DNA from: Polyangiales bacterium | GTDB lineage: Bacteria > Myxococcota_A > Polyangia > Polyangiales > Polyangiaceae | Assembly (NCBI GenBank): GCA_038231275.1 | Contig: JBBRLQ010000002.1 | Coordinates: 224,001-288,000, forward strand | Length of the DNA: 64,000 bases | Direction of reading: 5' to 3' | Shown: one piece after another, positions 55,527 to 64,000 of the stretch | How positions within the stretch are numbered: position 1 is the first letter of the stretch | Layout: every line of letters begins with the position of its first letter | Notes under the pieces: generated by a model | Seen by the model: the letters and a program-made list of their open reading frames with translations, nothing else | Database searches by the model: none | What the model was told of the DNA's origin: nothing | Program-made: the position numbers and the translations under genes

Positions 55527-56693
55527 ATGCGCGCAGGAAAACTAGGTTCGATCGTGCTCGTCGCGGGCGTCGCGATCGCATGCGGCTCCACCGGCGGCGC
55601 GACGTTCGGCGACGGGACCGACGGCGGGAGCAGCGGCAGCAGCGGCACCAGCGGCAGCAGTGGCGAGTTCGGCGGCGACAGCGGCAGCAGCGGCACCAGC
55701 GGCGACGGCGGGTTCCACGGCGGGCCATGCAAGGTGGACACCGAGTGCGGCGCCGGCGGCGTGTGCGATCCGTCGACGCACACGTGCGCGTGTGGCGGCG
55801 TCTCGGTCGCCGCCACCGAGGTCCCGCCGAACATGCTCCTCGTCGAAGACCGCTCGTGCTCGATGACCGACAAGGTCGGCGCCACGACGAAGTGGGCGAT
55901 CGCCGTGAAGGCGATTCAAAATCTCACGACGACGTTTGCCGGCAAGATCCGCTTCGGCTTGACCCTCTTCCCCGATCGCACCGGCAACCAGTGCACGCAG
56001 GACGCGGTCCCGATCCCGGTCGCGGCCGGCACCGAGACCAAGATTCAAACGCTCCTCACCGCCGCGCTCACCAAGGGCGATCCCGGATTTCCCGACGGTC
56101 CGTGCGTCACGAACATCGACACGGCGATGCAACAGGCGCTCGCCGAGCCTTCGTTCAACGACAAGACGCGCGCGAGCTTCGCCGTGCTCATCACGGACGG
56201 AATGCAGGCGGGGTGCGGGACCGTCCCGGCTGGCAACGCCGCCACGCTCGCGGCGATCACGTCGCTGTCGCAGAAGGGCGTCGGCACGTTCGTGATCGGC
56301 TTCGGATCGGCGGTCGACACCGCGGCGCTCGACTCGTTCGCGGTCGCCGGCGGCCACGCGTCGGCCGGCGCGCACAAATATTACCAAGCGGACGACCAAG
56401 CCACGCTCGACGCGATCCTCGGCAGCCTCGCCGCGAGCGCGCTCGGCTGCGATCTGCAGCTCGCCTCACCCCCGCCGGGCGGCGACGCGAGCCTCATCTT
56501 CGTCTACTTCAACAAGACGCCGCCGCCGGTGCCGCGCGACACGACGCACAAGAACGGCTGGGACTACGATCCCGCAGGCAACGTGCTCCACTTCTACGGC
56601 GCGGCGTGCGACCAGCTCAAGACCGGCAAGGTGCAGGACGCGCACGCCGTCTTCGGGTGCCCGGGCGGCGCTGTGCCCCCGCCGCCCAAGTAA
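55527..56693 (+). CDS. vWA-domain lipoprotein
   Basis: AIA-C lipobox, SSG linker, small Cys module, MIDAS-like DRSCSM, LITDG, TFVIGFG; C-terminal GWDYD...C domain like that of the vWA protein at 5920. Confidence 0.85.
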   Translation: MRAGKLGSIVLVAGVAIACGSTGGATFGDGTDGGSSGSSGTSGSSGEFGGDSGSSGTSGDGGFHGGPCKVDTECGAGGVCDPSTHTCACGGVSVAATEVPPNMLLVEDRSCSMTDKVGATTKWAIAVKAIQNLTTTFAGKIRFGLTLFPDRTGNQCTQDAVPIPVAAGTETKIQTLLTAALTKGDPGFPDGPCVTNIDTAMQQALAEPSFNDKTRASFAVLITDGMQAGCGTVPAGNAATLAAITSLSQKGVGTFVIGFGSAVDTAALDSFAVAGGHASAGAHKYYQADDQATLDAILGSLAASALGCDLQLASPPPGGDASLIFVYFNKTPPPVPRDTTHKNGWDYDPAGNVLHFYGAACDQLKTGKVQDAHAVFGCPGGAVPPPPK

Positions 56694-56709
56694 CGTCGAC
56701 GCGACCGGT

Positions 56710-57501
56710 CTACCCGCCGGCGCCGGCGTCGACGGGGGGAGGATGGGGGTTCGGCATGCAGAACATGCCGGCGATCGTGGTGTACGACTCGGCGAACGTT
56801 TGCCCGGCGAAGCATGCGGCGACGTCGGGCCCGGCGTCGCTGAGCCCCTTGGTGCAGTTGGCGTCGGCGACGAGGCCGCTACACTGGCCGATATCGACCT
56901 TGGTGCGGCAGTCGTCGAGGAGCGTGAGCGTTACGTCGCTCGTAACGGGACAATTGGCGCTGCACGCGGCGAGCTCGCACATGTCGATTGCTTGCATCGC
57001 GCCGGCGCAGCGCACACCGGTGGGATCGCCCATCGCGTTTGCGACGCAGCCTGGGAGGTTCAGCTCCACCCAGCCTTTGTGGACGATGACCGCTCCGTAG
57101 ACGTCGGCCGCTTCGTCGGTGGCGATGCACTTCGCGCAGTCGGTGCTCACGGCCTTCGCGCACGCCGACGCGTCGGAGCCGAGGCAGTAGGAGCGGAACT
57201 TGTCGAGGTCGGCCGCCGTGCAGACGGCCTGGTAGAACTTGGCCGACTTGCGCCACGAAGGTTTGTAGGTGGACACGTCGGCGGGCAAGCAGCTGCTCGC
57301 GACGCCGCCGTCCCATGGCGCGGTCGCGTCGTTAGCGCCGCTGCTGGTGCCGGAGCTCGAGCCGCCGTGACCCCCATCCGGGTTGCCGCCGCTCGTGCCG
57401 AGCGACGACGCCGCGGACGAACAGCCCTCGCCCGCCACGGCAGTTCCGAGAACGCCGAGCGCAATCGAGACGGTGAGGATCCTTGGAAATGGAAAGCTCA
57501 A
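56710..57501 (-). CDS. Cys-rich lipoprotein (paralog of 57937-58734)
   Basis: Probable TTG start 57501 after AGGAG; GEG-C lipobox; Cys pattern shared with the neighbour. Confidence 0.75.
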   Translation of the reverse strand: MSFPFPRILTVSIALGVLGTAVAGEGCSSAASSLGTSGGNPDGGHGGSSSGTSSGANDATAPWDGGVASSCLPADVSTYKPSWRKSAKFYQAVCTAADLDKFRSYCLGSDASACAKAVSTDCAKCIATDEAADVYGAVIVHKGWVELNLPGCVANAMGDPTGVRCAGAMQAIDMCELAACSANCPVTSDVTLTLLDDCRTKVDIGQCSGLVADANCTKGLSDAGPDVAACFAGQTFAESYTTIAGMFCMPNPHPPPVDAGAGG

Positions 57502-57645
57502 GAAGGTGCTCCTCGCGGACGAGGAAAAACCGGTGGCGCTCAGGCTCCACCGACGAGTTAAGCGTAGCACGGCGCGCCGGAGAGGCGCCGTCACCCCAAA
57601 ATACGAGCAAATCCAGTAACTACGACGCTCGCGCCGCGAGGCTGC

Positions 57646-57840
57646 TCAGTGATCGCCGGCCGCCGGATCGTCGAAGCTCGGGCTGGCGTCGAACTGCACG
57701 CGGACGTGCGTCGTCTTGTGAGTCGGCGCATTCATCGTTGGCGTGCTCGAAGAAGGCGGGGCGCCTTTGTCGTCGGCGCAACCGCCGCAGCCGGTCCCGA
57801 AAAGACCGAGGGTCGCGGCGAGGAGGAGGATGGTGCGCAT
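57646..57840 (-). CDS. Small lipoprotein (64 aa)
   Basis: MRTILLLAATLGLFGTG-CGGC signal/lipobox; co-directional with the flanking lipoproteins. Confidence 0.6.
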   Translation of the reverse strand: MRTILLLAATLGLFGTGCGGCADDKGAPPSSSTPTMNAPTHKTTHVRVQFDASPSFDDPAAGDH

Positions 57841-57936
57841 GATCTCGGGTCTCGTAGCCCAAAACGACGAGCGGGGCCAAGCCCTGTCGGACCTGCCCCG
57901 CTCCCCGTTAGAGCTCGTCGTTCGACCTCGCGTCGA

Positions 57937-58734
57937 TCAGCCGTCCGCCGGGGCGTCGCTGCTGCCGTCCGACGCGTCGGTGGTGCCACCGTCGCTGGTG
58001 TCGAGGCAGAAGACCGGGACGACGGCCGAGTAGGCCGCGTCGAAGCCGCCGCCCGCGCCGTCGAGGCACGCCGATGCCGCAGTGCCGCCATCGGCGAGCG
58101 CGTCGAGGCACCCCGCTGCGGTCACTTCGTCAGTGCAGGCGCCCGTATCGGCGGCGCCGTCGCACGCGTTGATCATGTCGGTCGTCGTGTTCGGATCCTT
58201 CGCGCACGCGTCGCACGCCTTCTGGCGGCACTGCGTCAGGTACAGCGTCGCGCTCGCGCAGCCGGCGCCGTCGGCGACCGTGCCCTGGGAGATGGCGATG
58301 CAGCCGGCGATGTTCGGGCTGACGAACCCGCCCGTGGCGAGCAGCGCGCCCTTCGCGGTGCCGGTCGTCGGGAGGATGCACTCTTGGCAGATCTTGCCGG
58401 CCGCGCTGTTCGTGAACGACTTGCACGCCGCGCCGCCGTCCGCCTGCGTGCCGAAGCACACCTTGCGGAAGAGATCGATGTTGGCCTGGCTGCAGGCGTT
58501 CTGGTGCGCGTGGGGAGGCTCCCACTTCTTCGTGTACGTGACCGTCGCGGGCGGCGTGCAGAGATCGCCGGCGTCGCCGCCGCTGTCGATGACTCCGCCG
58601 CTGTCCCTCTTGCCGGCCTCCAGAATGCCGCCTTCGTCAGGCGTGGTGGTCGACGTGCTGCTTGAGCACCCGAACACGATGGCGCTCACGAAACCCGCGC
58701 AACCCGCGACCGTCAACCACTTCTTCAACGCCAT
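57937..58734 (-). CDS. Cys-rich lipoprotein (paralog of 56710-57501)
   Basis: GGAGG upstream; VFG-C lipobox; D-S/A-G linker; Cys-rich domain. Confidence 0.8.
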   Translation of the reverse strand: MALKKWLTVAGCAGFVSAIVFGCSSSTSTTTPDEGGILEAGKRDSGGVIDSGGDAGDLCTPPATVTYTKKWEPPHAHQNACSQANIDLFRKVCFGTQADGGAACKSFTNSAAGKICQECILPTTGTAKGALLATGGFVSPNIAGCIAISQGTVADGAGCASATLYLTQCRQKACDACAKDPNTTTDMINACDGAADTGACTDEVTAAGCLDALADGGTAASACLDGAGGGFDAAYSAVVPVFCLDTSDGGTTDASDGSSDAPADG

Positions 58735-58993
58735 GACCCGCCTCCTACTGCCCTGCGCGGCTCACGCCGCAAGCCAATGATGGTTCTAGAAACGCCTCGA
58801 CCCCGAGTACGAACAACCCTAGCAATTTTAGCAAGACCGGAGCCATGCGCGAATCGCTTGATTCCCTTGATGAATTTGGCCTCCCGTTCGGGGACTGACG
58901 GCTTTCGTCGTTAGCACCCTGCCGGAGTCTGGGGGATCCACTTTGCCCCAGTGCCGGAAATCTCGGGCACGCTACCCGCGGGCATCCGCACCG

Positions 58994-59497
58994 TCAATCG
59001 GGTTTTTGGCGCTCGCGAGGCCGCGTGAGCGCGATCACGTGGAGGGCGATCAGGGCGATGGCGAGGACGAGCTCCGCTTTGCCTGCGCGCTCGGCGACCT
59101 GATGAATCGCGTTCAGCTCTTCGCCGGCGGCGCCGAGCCCACGAATCGCGCCGCCGCGGTGGAGCGCTTCGATGCGCGGCGAGACGAGCGCGGCAACGTA
59201 GAGCGCCGCGCCGGCCGCCAGCGTCGCCAGCGCGCCGCGCGCGAGGTCGAGCCGATCGAGCTTGCGATCGCGCAGCGCAGCGAGCCCCGCCTCGACCGCG
59301 AGGACGACGAGCACGCACGCGACGGCGAGCTTGTCGAAGCGGCGGAAAACGACGGTCATCGAGTCGGCGCTCCACGGCGCGGGGACCGTGCCGAAGACGA
59401 CGGGAGCCGCGATCGCGCCGAGGGCGACCATCCCGCCCATCCAGAGGCCCAGGGCGACGAGCGCGACGGTGACGAGGACCTTTCGTGTCGTTTGCAT
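58994..59497 (-). CDS. DUF4149/TMEM205-like membrane protein
   Basis: LWMGG...IAAPVVF, four TM segments, PRI..L, H..AE pattern. Confidence 0.75.
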   Translation of the reverse strand: MQTTRKVLVTVALVALGLWMGGMVALGAIAAPVVFGTVPAPWSADSMTVVFRRFDKLAVACVLVVLAVEAGLAALRDRKLDRLDLARGALATLAAGAALYVAALVSPRIEALHRGGAIRGLGAAGEELNAIHQVAERAGKAELVLAIALIALHVIALTRPRERQKPD

Positions 59498-59498
59498 T

Positions 59499-60512
59499 CT
59501 ACAAGACCATCCGGACCCCGTGCGTGGGGTCGAGCGTGCCGACTTCCAAGGCGCACGCGTCCGAAGTCGCGCGCGTGACGCCCGCGGCGGTGCGGAGCTC
59601 GAAGGTGGCGCGGGCCAGCTTCGTGTTCAAGCAATGCGTCGGCGGGCCGTCGGGGTTCGGGTAGTAGAGCCCGACGGTGTGCGAGGGATCGCCGATGACC
59701 TCGCCCTCGAGCGAGGCGCCGTCGCCGTACGCGCGGAGCGTGTAGCGATGAGGAGATACCGTCGCACGATTGCGGGCGATCGACGCGAGCGTGTTCATCC
59801 GGAGATCGGCGGCGCCGACGCGCACCGTCGCGATTGTCCCGAGGGGCGCAAGTAGCGGCCCGACGCGCGAGCGCCCGCTCATGCACTCGACCACCAGGTC
59901 CACGTCCTCGTTCCAGGCGTTGCAATGAACCCACGCGTAGAGCGGCGTGTGGCGGGGGCCCCAGTTGTGACCGACCATCCCCGGCCATCCCTCGAGGGTC
60001 CACACGACGCCGTCGACGCGCGCGATTCCCGAGATACGCGCGTCGGCCAGCGGCGAGGCGACCTTCTGCGTGGGAAATCGGCCGTTCATCAGGCCGTCGG
60101 AGTAAGCGGCGAACGGACCGCCGCGCGCGTCGATCGATAGGTCGACGGCGATCGCGCGGCCGCCGCTGTCGATCGTGCCGCGCGCGATTCGCGGCGTGAG
60201 GCGCGAGGCGTCCATGCGCACGTCGAGCTCCGTCGCGGAGATGCGCGCGGACGTCGCGGGGGCGCTGCTCTTGACGGCGACCTGCGGCCCGCCGCGAGTG
60301 AAGGCCACCGCCCACGTCTCGGCGATCGCGCTGCCCTGCCGCGCGTTCCCCGGCTCACCGCGCCCGTCGCGCGCGCTCTGGAAGAGCGTCCACTTCAGCC
60401 AGATCGCGCGCTGGCCCGACGGTTCGTTGGCCTTGAGGAACCAGCTCTCGGTGTGACCCGCGCGGTGCTCACCGCTCCAGCGCGCGCCGGCGTACGTGCG
60501 GTCGTTCGTCAT
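59499..60512 (-). CDS. Hypothetical protein, possible tocopherol-cyclase/AttH-like double beta-barrel
   Basis: ESWFLKAN...W..WT, G...VDG..W, GMVGHNWG..H...YAW pattern; fold assignment is inference. Confidence 0.55.
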   Translation of the reverse strand: MTNDRTYAGARWSGEHRAGHTESWFLKANEPSGQRAIWLKWTLFQSARDGRGEPGNARQGSAIAETWAVAFTRGGPQVAVKSSAPATSARISATELDVRMDASRLTPRIARGTIDSGGRAIAVDLSIDARGGPFAAYSDGLMNGRFPTQKVASPLADARISGIARVDGVVWTLEGWPGMVGHNWGPRHTPLYAWVHCNAWNEDVDLVVECMSGRSRVGPLLAPLGTIATVRVGAADLRMNTLASIARNRATVSPHRYTLRAYGDGASLEGEVIGDPSHTVGLYYPNPDGPPTHCLNTKLARATFELRTAAGVTRATSDACALEVGTLDPTHGVRMVL

Positions 60513-60513
60513 G

Positions 60514-61515
60514 TCAGCCGAGAAGCGCGAGGGCTTCTTTGACGAGATCGGGATCGGCGGCGTCGGCACCGAGCTGCTCGATGCGCGCTCGCGCCTCGGC
60601 GATTCGCGCGCGGCCTGCGGCGACGACCGCGGCTTGGCGCTTCTCGCGATCGGTGGAGTCGAGGTCCTTCACGATCTCCGTGATCGCGCGCGGGTTCCCC
60701 ATGCGCGCCAGCGCGACCTTGGCTTGGAATTCACATGTAGACTGCACAAATCGACGAAGCCCCCACGCGCGGCGCTCGAGGTGCGGGATGGCCTCCTTCA
60801 TCCCCAGCGCGCCGGTGACTTCGATCGCCTCTTGCTCGTCCTCGACCTCGGCGCGTCGCGCGAGGCCGCCGCGCACGACGTCGAGGATGAGGGCGCGACC
60901 GGCATCGTCACCGGCCTTCGCCAGGTAGATGGCGGCGACGAGGCGAACTTCGGAGGCGGCGTCCTCGAGCATCGCCTTGGCGCGCGCGTGGAGCGGCGAC
61001 GCGTCGAGGTCGCGCTGATCTTCGGCGATGCGGAGGGCGATGTAGCGGATCGCGGGATCGTCGTCGCGCGTCGCGGCGAGGAGCGCGGCGGGGACGTCCT
61101 CGGGGCTCGCGACGCGCGAGAAGGCGATGACCGCCTGGTAACGGACCTCCGGACGCTCGTCCGCGAGCGCGCGCTCGAGGCGCCCCGCAGCCCGCCTATC
61201 GCCGATCTCGCCGAGGGCGTTCAGGGCCATCTGGCGCACGTACCCGTCCACGTCCTCGACCGCGGTGAGGAGCGACGGGAGCGCCTCTACTCCCTTCACG
61301 TCGGCCAGCGCGATCGCCGCGGCGCCGCGGACGCCGGCGTGCTCGTCCTTGAGCGCCTTCTCGAAGAGCGGCAGCGCCCGCGCGCGCGCCGCGTCGTCGT
61401 TCGTCGCGTGCCGCGCGAGGTCTTTGATCGACGAGGCGCGCGTCTGCGGCTTGTCGCTCGCGAGATCGCGCAGGCTCGCCTCGAGCGTTCGCGGCAGCGG
61501 CGGGGGGTGAAGCAT
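60514..61515 (-). CDS. HEAT-repeat protein
   Basis: Repeated L.D....VR..A..AL units. Confidence 0.88.
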   Translation of the reverse strand: MLHPPPLPRTLEASLRDLASDKPQTRASSIKDLARHATNDDAARARALPLFEKALKDEHAGVRGAAAIALADVKGVEALPSLLTAVEDVDGYVRQMALNALGEIGDRRAAGRLERALADERPEVRYQAVIAFSRVASPEDVPAALLAATRDDDPAIRYIALRIAEDQRDLDASPLHARAKAMLEDAASEVRLVAAIYLAKAGDDAGRALILDVVRGGLARRAEVEDEQEAIEVTGALGMKEAIPHLERRAWGLRRFVQSTCEFQAKVALARMGNPRAITEIVKDLDSTDREKRQAAVVAAGRARIAEARARIEQLGADAADPDLVKEALALLG

Positions 61516-61575
61516 GACGAAGATGCATTTAGCAGAAACGCGCGGCCGGGGCGCCGGGCGCGGCTGCGAGGACTC

Positions 61576-62355
61576 TCAGTCGCGGGCGGCCGCGCGGCCC
61601 GCGATCAGCATCGAAGCGCTCGTGACGAAGACCGACAGGCTGCCGGCGACGAGGACATGCGGCGCGCGGAGCATCGACGCGACGCCCTGATCCATCACGC
61701 TCCCGAGGGACACACCATCGCGCGGCCCGAAGCCGAGGAACGACAGCGCGGCTTCGCTCACGACGATCGCCGCGGCGGTGCCGCCCAGCTGGACCGCGAC
61801 GACGCCGAGCAAATTCGGCAGCACGTGGCGGAAGAGCACCTCCGCGCGCCCGAGGCCGAGCGCGTACGCCGCCTCGACGAACGCGGCGTCCCGGAGCACG
61901 CGCGTCTGCACCAACGCGAGGCGCGCGAAGGGCGCCCACGCCGTGATCGCGAACACGACGCCGAGGTGGAGGCGGCTCGGCGCGCGCACCGCGGAGAGGA
62001 CCGCGAACGCGAGGAGGAAGGTGGGGAACGCCTGCACGAGATCGCACGCGCGCTCGACGGCGCGCTCGAAGCGGCCGCGCATCATCGCCGACGCGGCGCC
62101 GAGGGGCGTGCCGATCGCGAAACCGACGAGCGCCACGACCACCGCGAGCAGAGCGCCGCGGAGGATGGCGTGGCCCAAGAGCGACGTGAGATCGACGCCA
62201 GCCTCCCCGCAGCCGAGCGGGCGCGCGAGCGTCGGCGCGCAGAAGGCGTCGGCGAGAACGAGCCGATCGGGCGCCCGCGACGCAGAAACGCACACCGCCG
62301 ACGCGAAGACGACGAGGAGCGCGAGCGGCAGGAGACGGAGCAGTCGCCCCTTCAC
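61576..62355 (-). CDS. Peptide/nickel ABC transporter permease (DppC/OppC-like)
   Basis: PLGC...GVDL, AFPTFLL, EAA loop FVEAAYALGLG...HVLPN, EAALSFLG. Confidence 0.9.
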   Translation of the reverse strand: MKGRLLRLLPLALLVVFASAVCVSASRAPDRLVLADAFCAPTLARPLGCGEAGVDLTSLLGHAILRGALLAVVVALVGFAIGTPLGAASAMMRGRFERAVERACDLVQAFPTFLLAFAVLSAVRAPSRLHLGVVFAITAWAPFARLALVQTRVLRDAAFVEAAYALGLGRAEVLFRHVLPNLLGVVAVQLGGTAAAIVVSEAALSFLGFGPRDGVSLGSVMDQGVASMLRAPHVLVAGSLSVFVTSASMLIAGRAAARD

Positions 62356-63290
62356 GCGCGCACCCGCGGATCCATCGCCGCGTGCGCCAGCGCCGCGAGC
62401 CCTTGCGTGAGGACGAAGAGCGCGCCCGACGCTACGACCGCGCCCTCGAGCACCGGCAAGTCGCGCGACGCGTACGCCTCGAGCATCAACGACCCGAGGC
62501 CGGCGCGCTCGAAGAGGCGCTCCAGGACGACGGCGCCGCCGAGGAGCGCGCCGAGCTGCGTCGCGATCACCGTGACGATGGGGCCCGCGCTCGGCGGAAG
62601 CGCATGGACCACCCACACGCGGAAGTTCGTGGCGCCCTTCGCGCGCGCCACCCCCATGAACTGCGCGCGCCCGACGTCGGCGAGCGCGGCGCGACCCACA
62701 CGACCGACCTGCGCGGCGAGCGGAATACCGAGGAGCGCGCTCGCGAACGCGAGGCCCGCGAAGCCCGCGTCGGGATCGCCCGGCAACGGAACGACGCGAA
62801 GACGCGCGGCGAGCCCGTAGGTCACGACCGGCGCGAACGCGAGCAGCGGCGTGGCGGCGACCGCGACGAGGACGCGATCGACGACGCGCCTCCTTTCCCC
62901 CAGCCAGGGCCCCGAGGCGAGGAGCGCCGCGCCGACGCCGAGGATCGCGCCGAAGAGGACCGCGAGCGCGGCGAGCTCGCTCGTAGGACCGAGCGCCGCG
63001 CCGACGCGCGCCATCGCCGCGACCCCGGGCCGCCGCAGCGACTCCCCGAGATCGAGTGTGGCGAGGCCGCGCAGGAAATGTGCATACTGCAACCATAGGG
63101 GCTGATCGAGCCCGAGCTTCGCGCGGAGGAGCGCGCGCTCCGCCTCCTCCGATTGATCGCCAAGGATGAGCGCCGCCGGATCGCCCGGCAGGAGGCGCAT
63201 CGCGAAGAAGACGAGCGAGGCGAGGACGAGGAGGACCGCCGCGGCCTCGGCGACGCGCGAGAGGACGGCGCGCGCGGCGCGGAAGATCAC
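62352..63290 (-). CDS. Peptide/nickel ABC transporter permease (DppB/OppB-like)
   Basis: LPGDPA, GLDQPL..QY..F...L..LDLGES, ARAKG, GGAVVLE.LF...GLG, RDLPVL, DPRVR. Confidence 0.92.
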   Translation of the reverse strand: MIFRAARAVLSRVAEAAAVLLVLASLVFFAMRLLPGDPAALILGDQSEEAERALLRAKLGLDQPLWLQYAHFLRGLATLDLGESLRRPGVAAMARVGAALGPTSELAALAVLFGAILGVGAALLASGPWLGERRRVVDRVLVAVAATPLLAFAPVVTYGLAARLRVVPLPGDPDAGFAGLAFASALLGIPLAAQVGRVGRAALADVGRAQFMGVARAKGATNFRVWVVHALPPSAGPIVTVIATQLGALLGGAVVLERLFERAGLGSLMLEAYASRDLPVLEGAVVASGALFVLTQGLAALAHAAMDPRVRA

Positions 63291-63904
63291 CCGCCCCCGG
63301 CGGCGTCCACGGGGCCTGAATCTCCGGCGTCGGCGCCTCCGTCTGGCGCACCTGCATCGCCTGCATCGCCCGCGTCGCGCACGCCCGCGTCGCCCGAGCC
63401 CGCGTCGGTGACGCCGAGGTCGGGCGCCGCCGGCTGGCACACGGCAGCGTCAGGCGTGCTCGCGAGCGTCGCCGGTCCGCCGACGGCGCCCTCTCCCAGA
63501 TCGGGAGGCACGATGCACACGTGCTGCGTCTGGTCGTCGTCGAGGATGACGGCGCTCCACGGCGTCTGCCGAGGATCGGCACAAATGTACCCGCCGCGGC
63601 AGTCCGAGTCGGAGTGGCACTGCGCCATGCAGAAGGTGCGGGCGGTGCGCGAGGTTCGGCGGTCGTCGTACCCGCACCCCTGCACGGCAGGGTGGAACAT
63701 GACGCACGCGGCCTGGTCCGGGCAGAGGTCGCCGCGACAGTTGAAGAGGGTGCAGTACCCACCCGGCTGCGACGTGTCGCAGAGGCGATCGCCGCGGAGC
63801 GAGCAGTCGGTCGACAGCGTGCACTTGTCGCCGATCGACGGCGTGCACCCCATCGCCCAGCCGGACGAGAGGATTAAAAGGCAGAAAAGGAGCACGCGGG
63901 GCAT
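63287..63904 (-). CDS. Cys-rich lipoprotein
   Basis: AMG-C lipobox; IGDKC...DC...CDTSQPGGYCT...C...DCRGGYIC; DAG-repeat tail; stop overlaps the permease start. Confidence 0.8.
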   Translation of the reverse strand: MPRVLLFCLLILSSGWAMGCTPSIGDKCTLSTDCSLRGDRLCDTSQPGGYCTLFNCRGDLCPDQAACVMFHPAVQGCGYDDRRTSRTARTFCMAQCHSDSDCRGGYICADPRQTPWSAVILDDDQTQHVCIVPPDLGEGAVGGPATLASTPDAAVCQPAAPDLGVTDAGSGDAGVRDAGDAGDAGAPDGGADAGDSGPVDAAGGG

Positions 63905-64000
63905 GCGGCGGCGGACCCTAGCATCCTCCCTCGCAAGCTGAAACCCGTTTGACATCATCGCGGTTGGACCCTAGGTTCACGCCGCAAACCTCATGGCGAC

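Noticed and set aside
60496-62820. 774-aa + strand ORF
   Set aside because: Antisense to the HEAT and ABC permease genes, which carry clear motifs.
63993-64000. ATG at the window edge, possibly a divergent gene
   Set aside because: Only 8 nt visible; cannot be supported.

Overview
High-GC (about 70% by eye), gene-dense chromosomal segment. The gene content points to a myxobacterium (Myxococcota, probably Polyangia/Labilithrix-like): Ser/Thr kinases with a PEGA/TPR partner, vWA and Cys-rich lipoproteins, a MYXO-CTERM-like tail and an FGE-sulfatase protein. Housekeeping genes include addAB, obgE, lpdA, two 2-oxoacid dehydrogenase E1-alpha paralogs plus one E1-beta, pspA, an Omp85 protein, and MFS, AI-2E and ABC permeases. 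About 18 predicted lipoproteins lie among them. I saw no rRNA, tRNA, CRISPR array, transposase or integrase. Most notable: (1) a lipoprotein closely matching animal c-type (GH22) lysozyme, with both catalytic acids and two disulfides; (2) a secreted-protein island at 33.5-44 kb, where an uncharacterised ~1100-aa lipoprotein sits next to a 1179-aa metzincin lipoprotein, divergent from a matrixin; (3) a PP2C phosphatase overlapping an E1-alpha whose active-site loop is HSSSS, recalling eukaryotic PDH/BCKDH phospho-control; (4) obgE with a tandem-repeat Lys/Pro tail coupled to a lone SctU/FlhB gene; (5) a degenerate cyclase-STAND-TPR protein; (6) a vWA plus Cys-rich lipoprotein cluster containing a paralog pair. 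All calls come from reading motifs by eye; no searches were run. Many starts were moved from the ORF track to more plausible internal starts.
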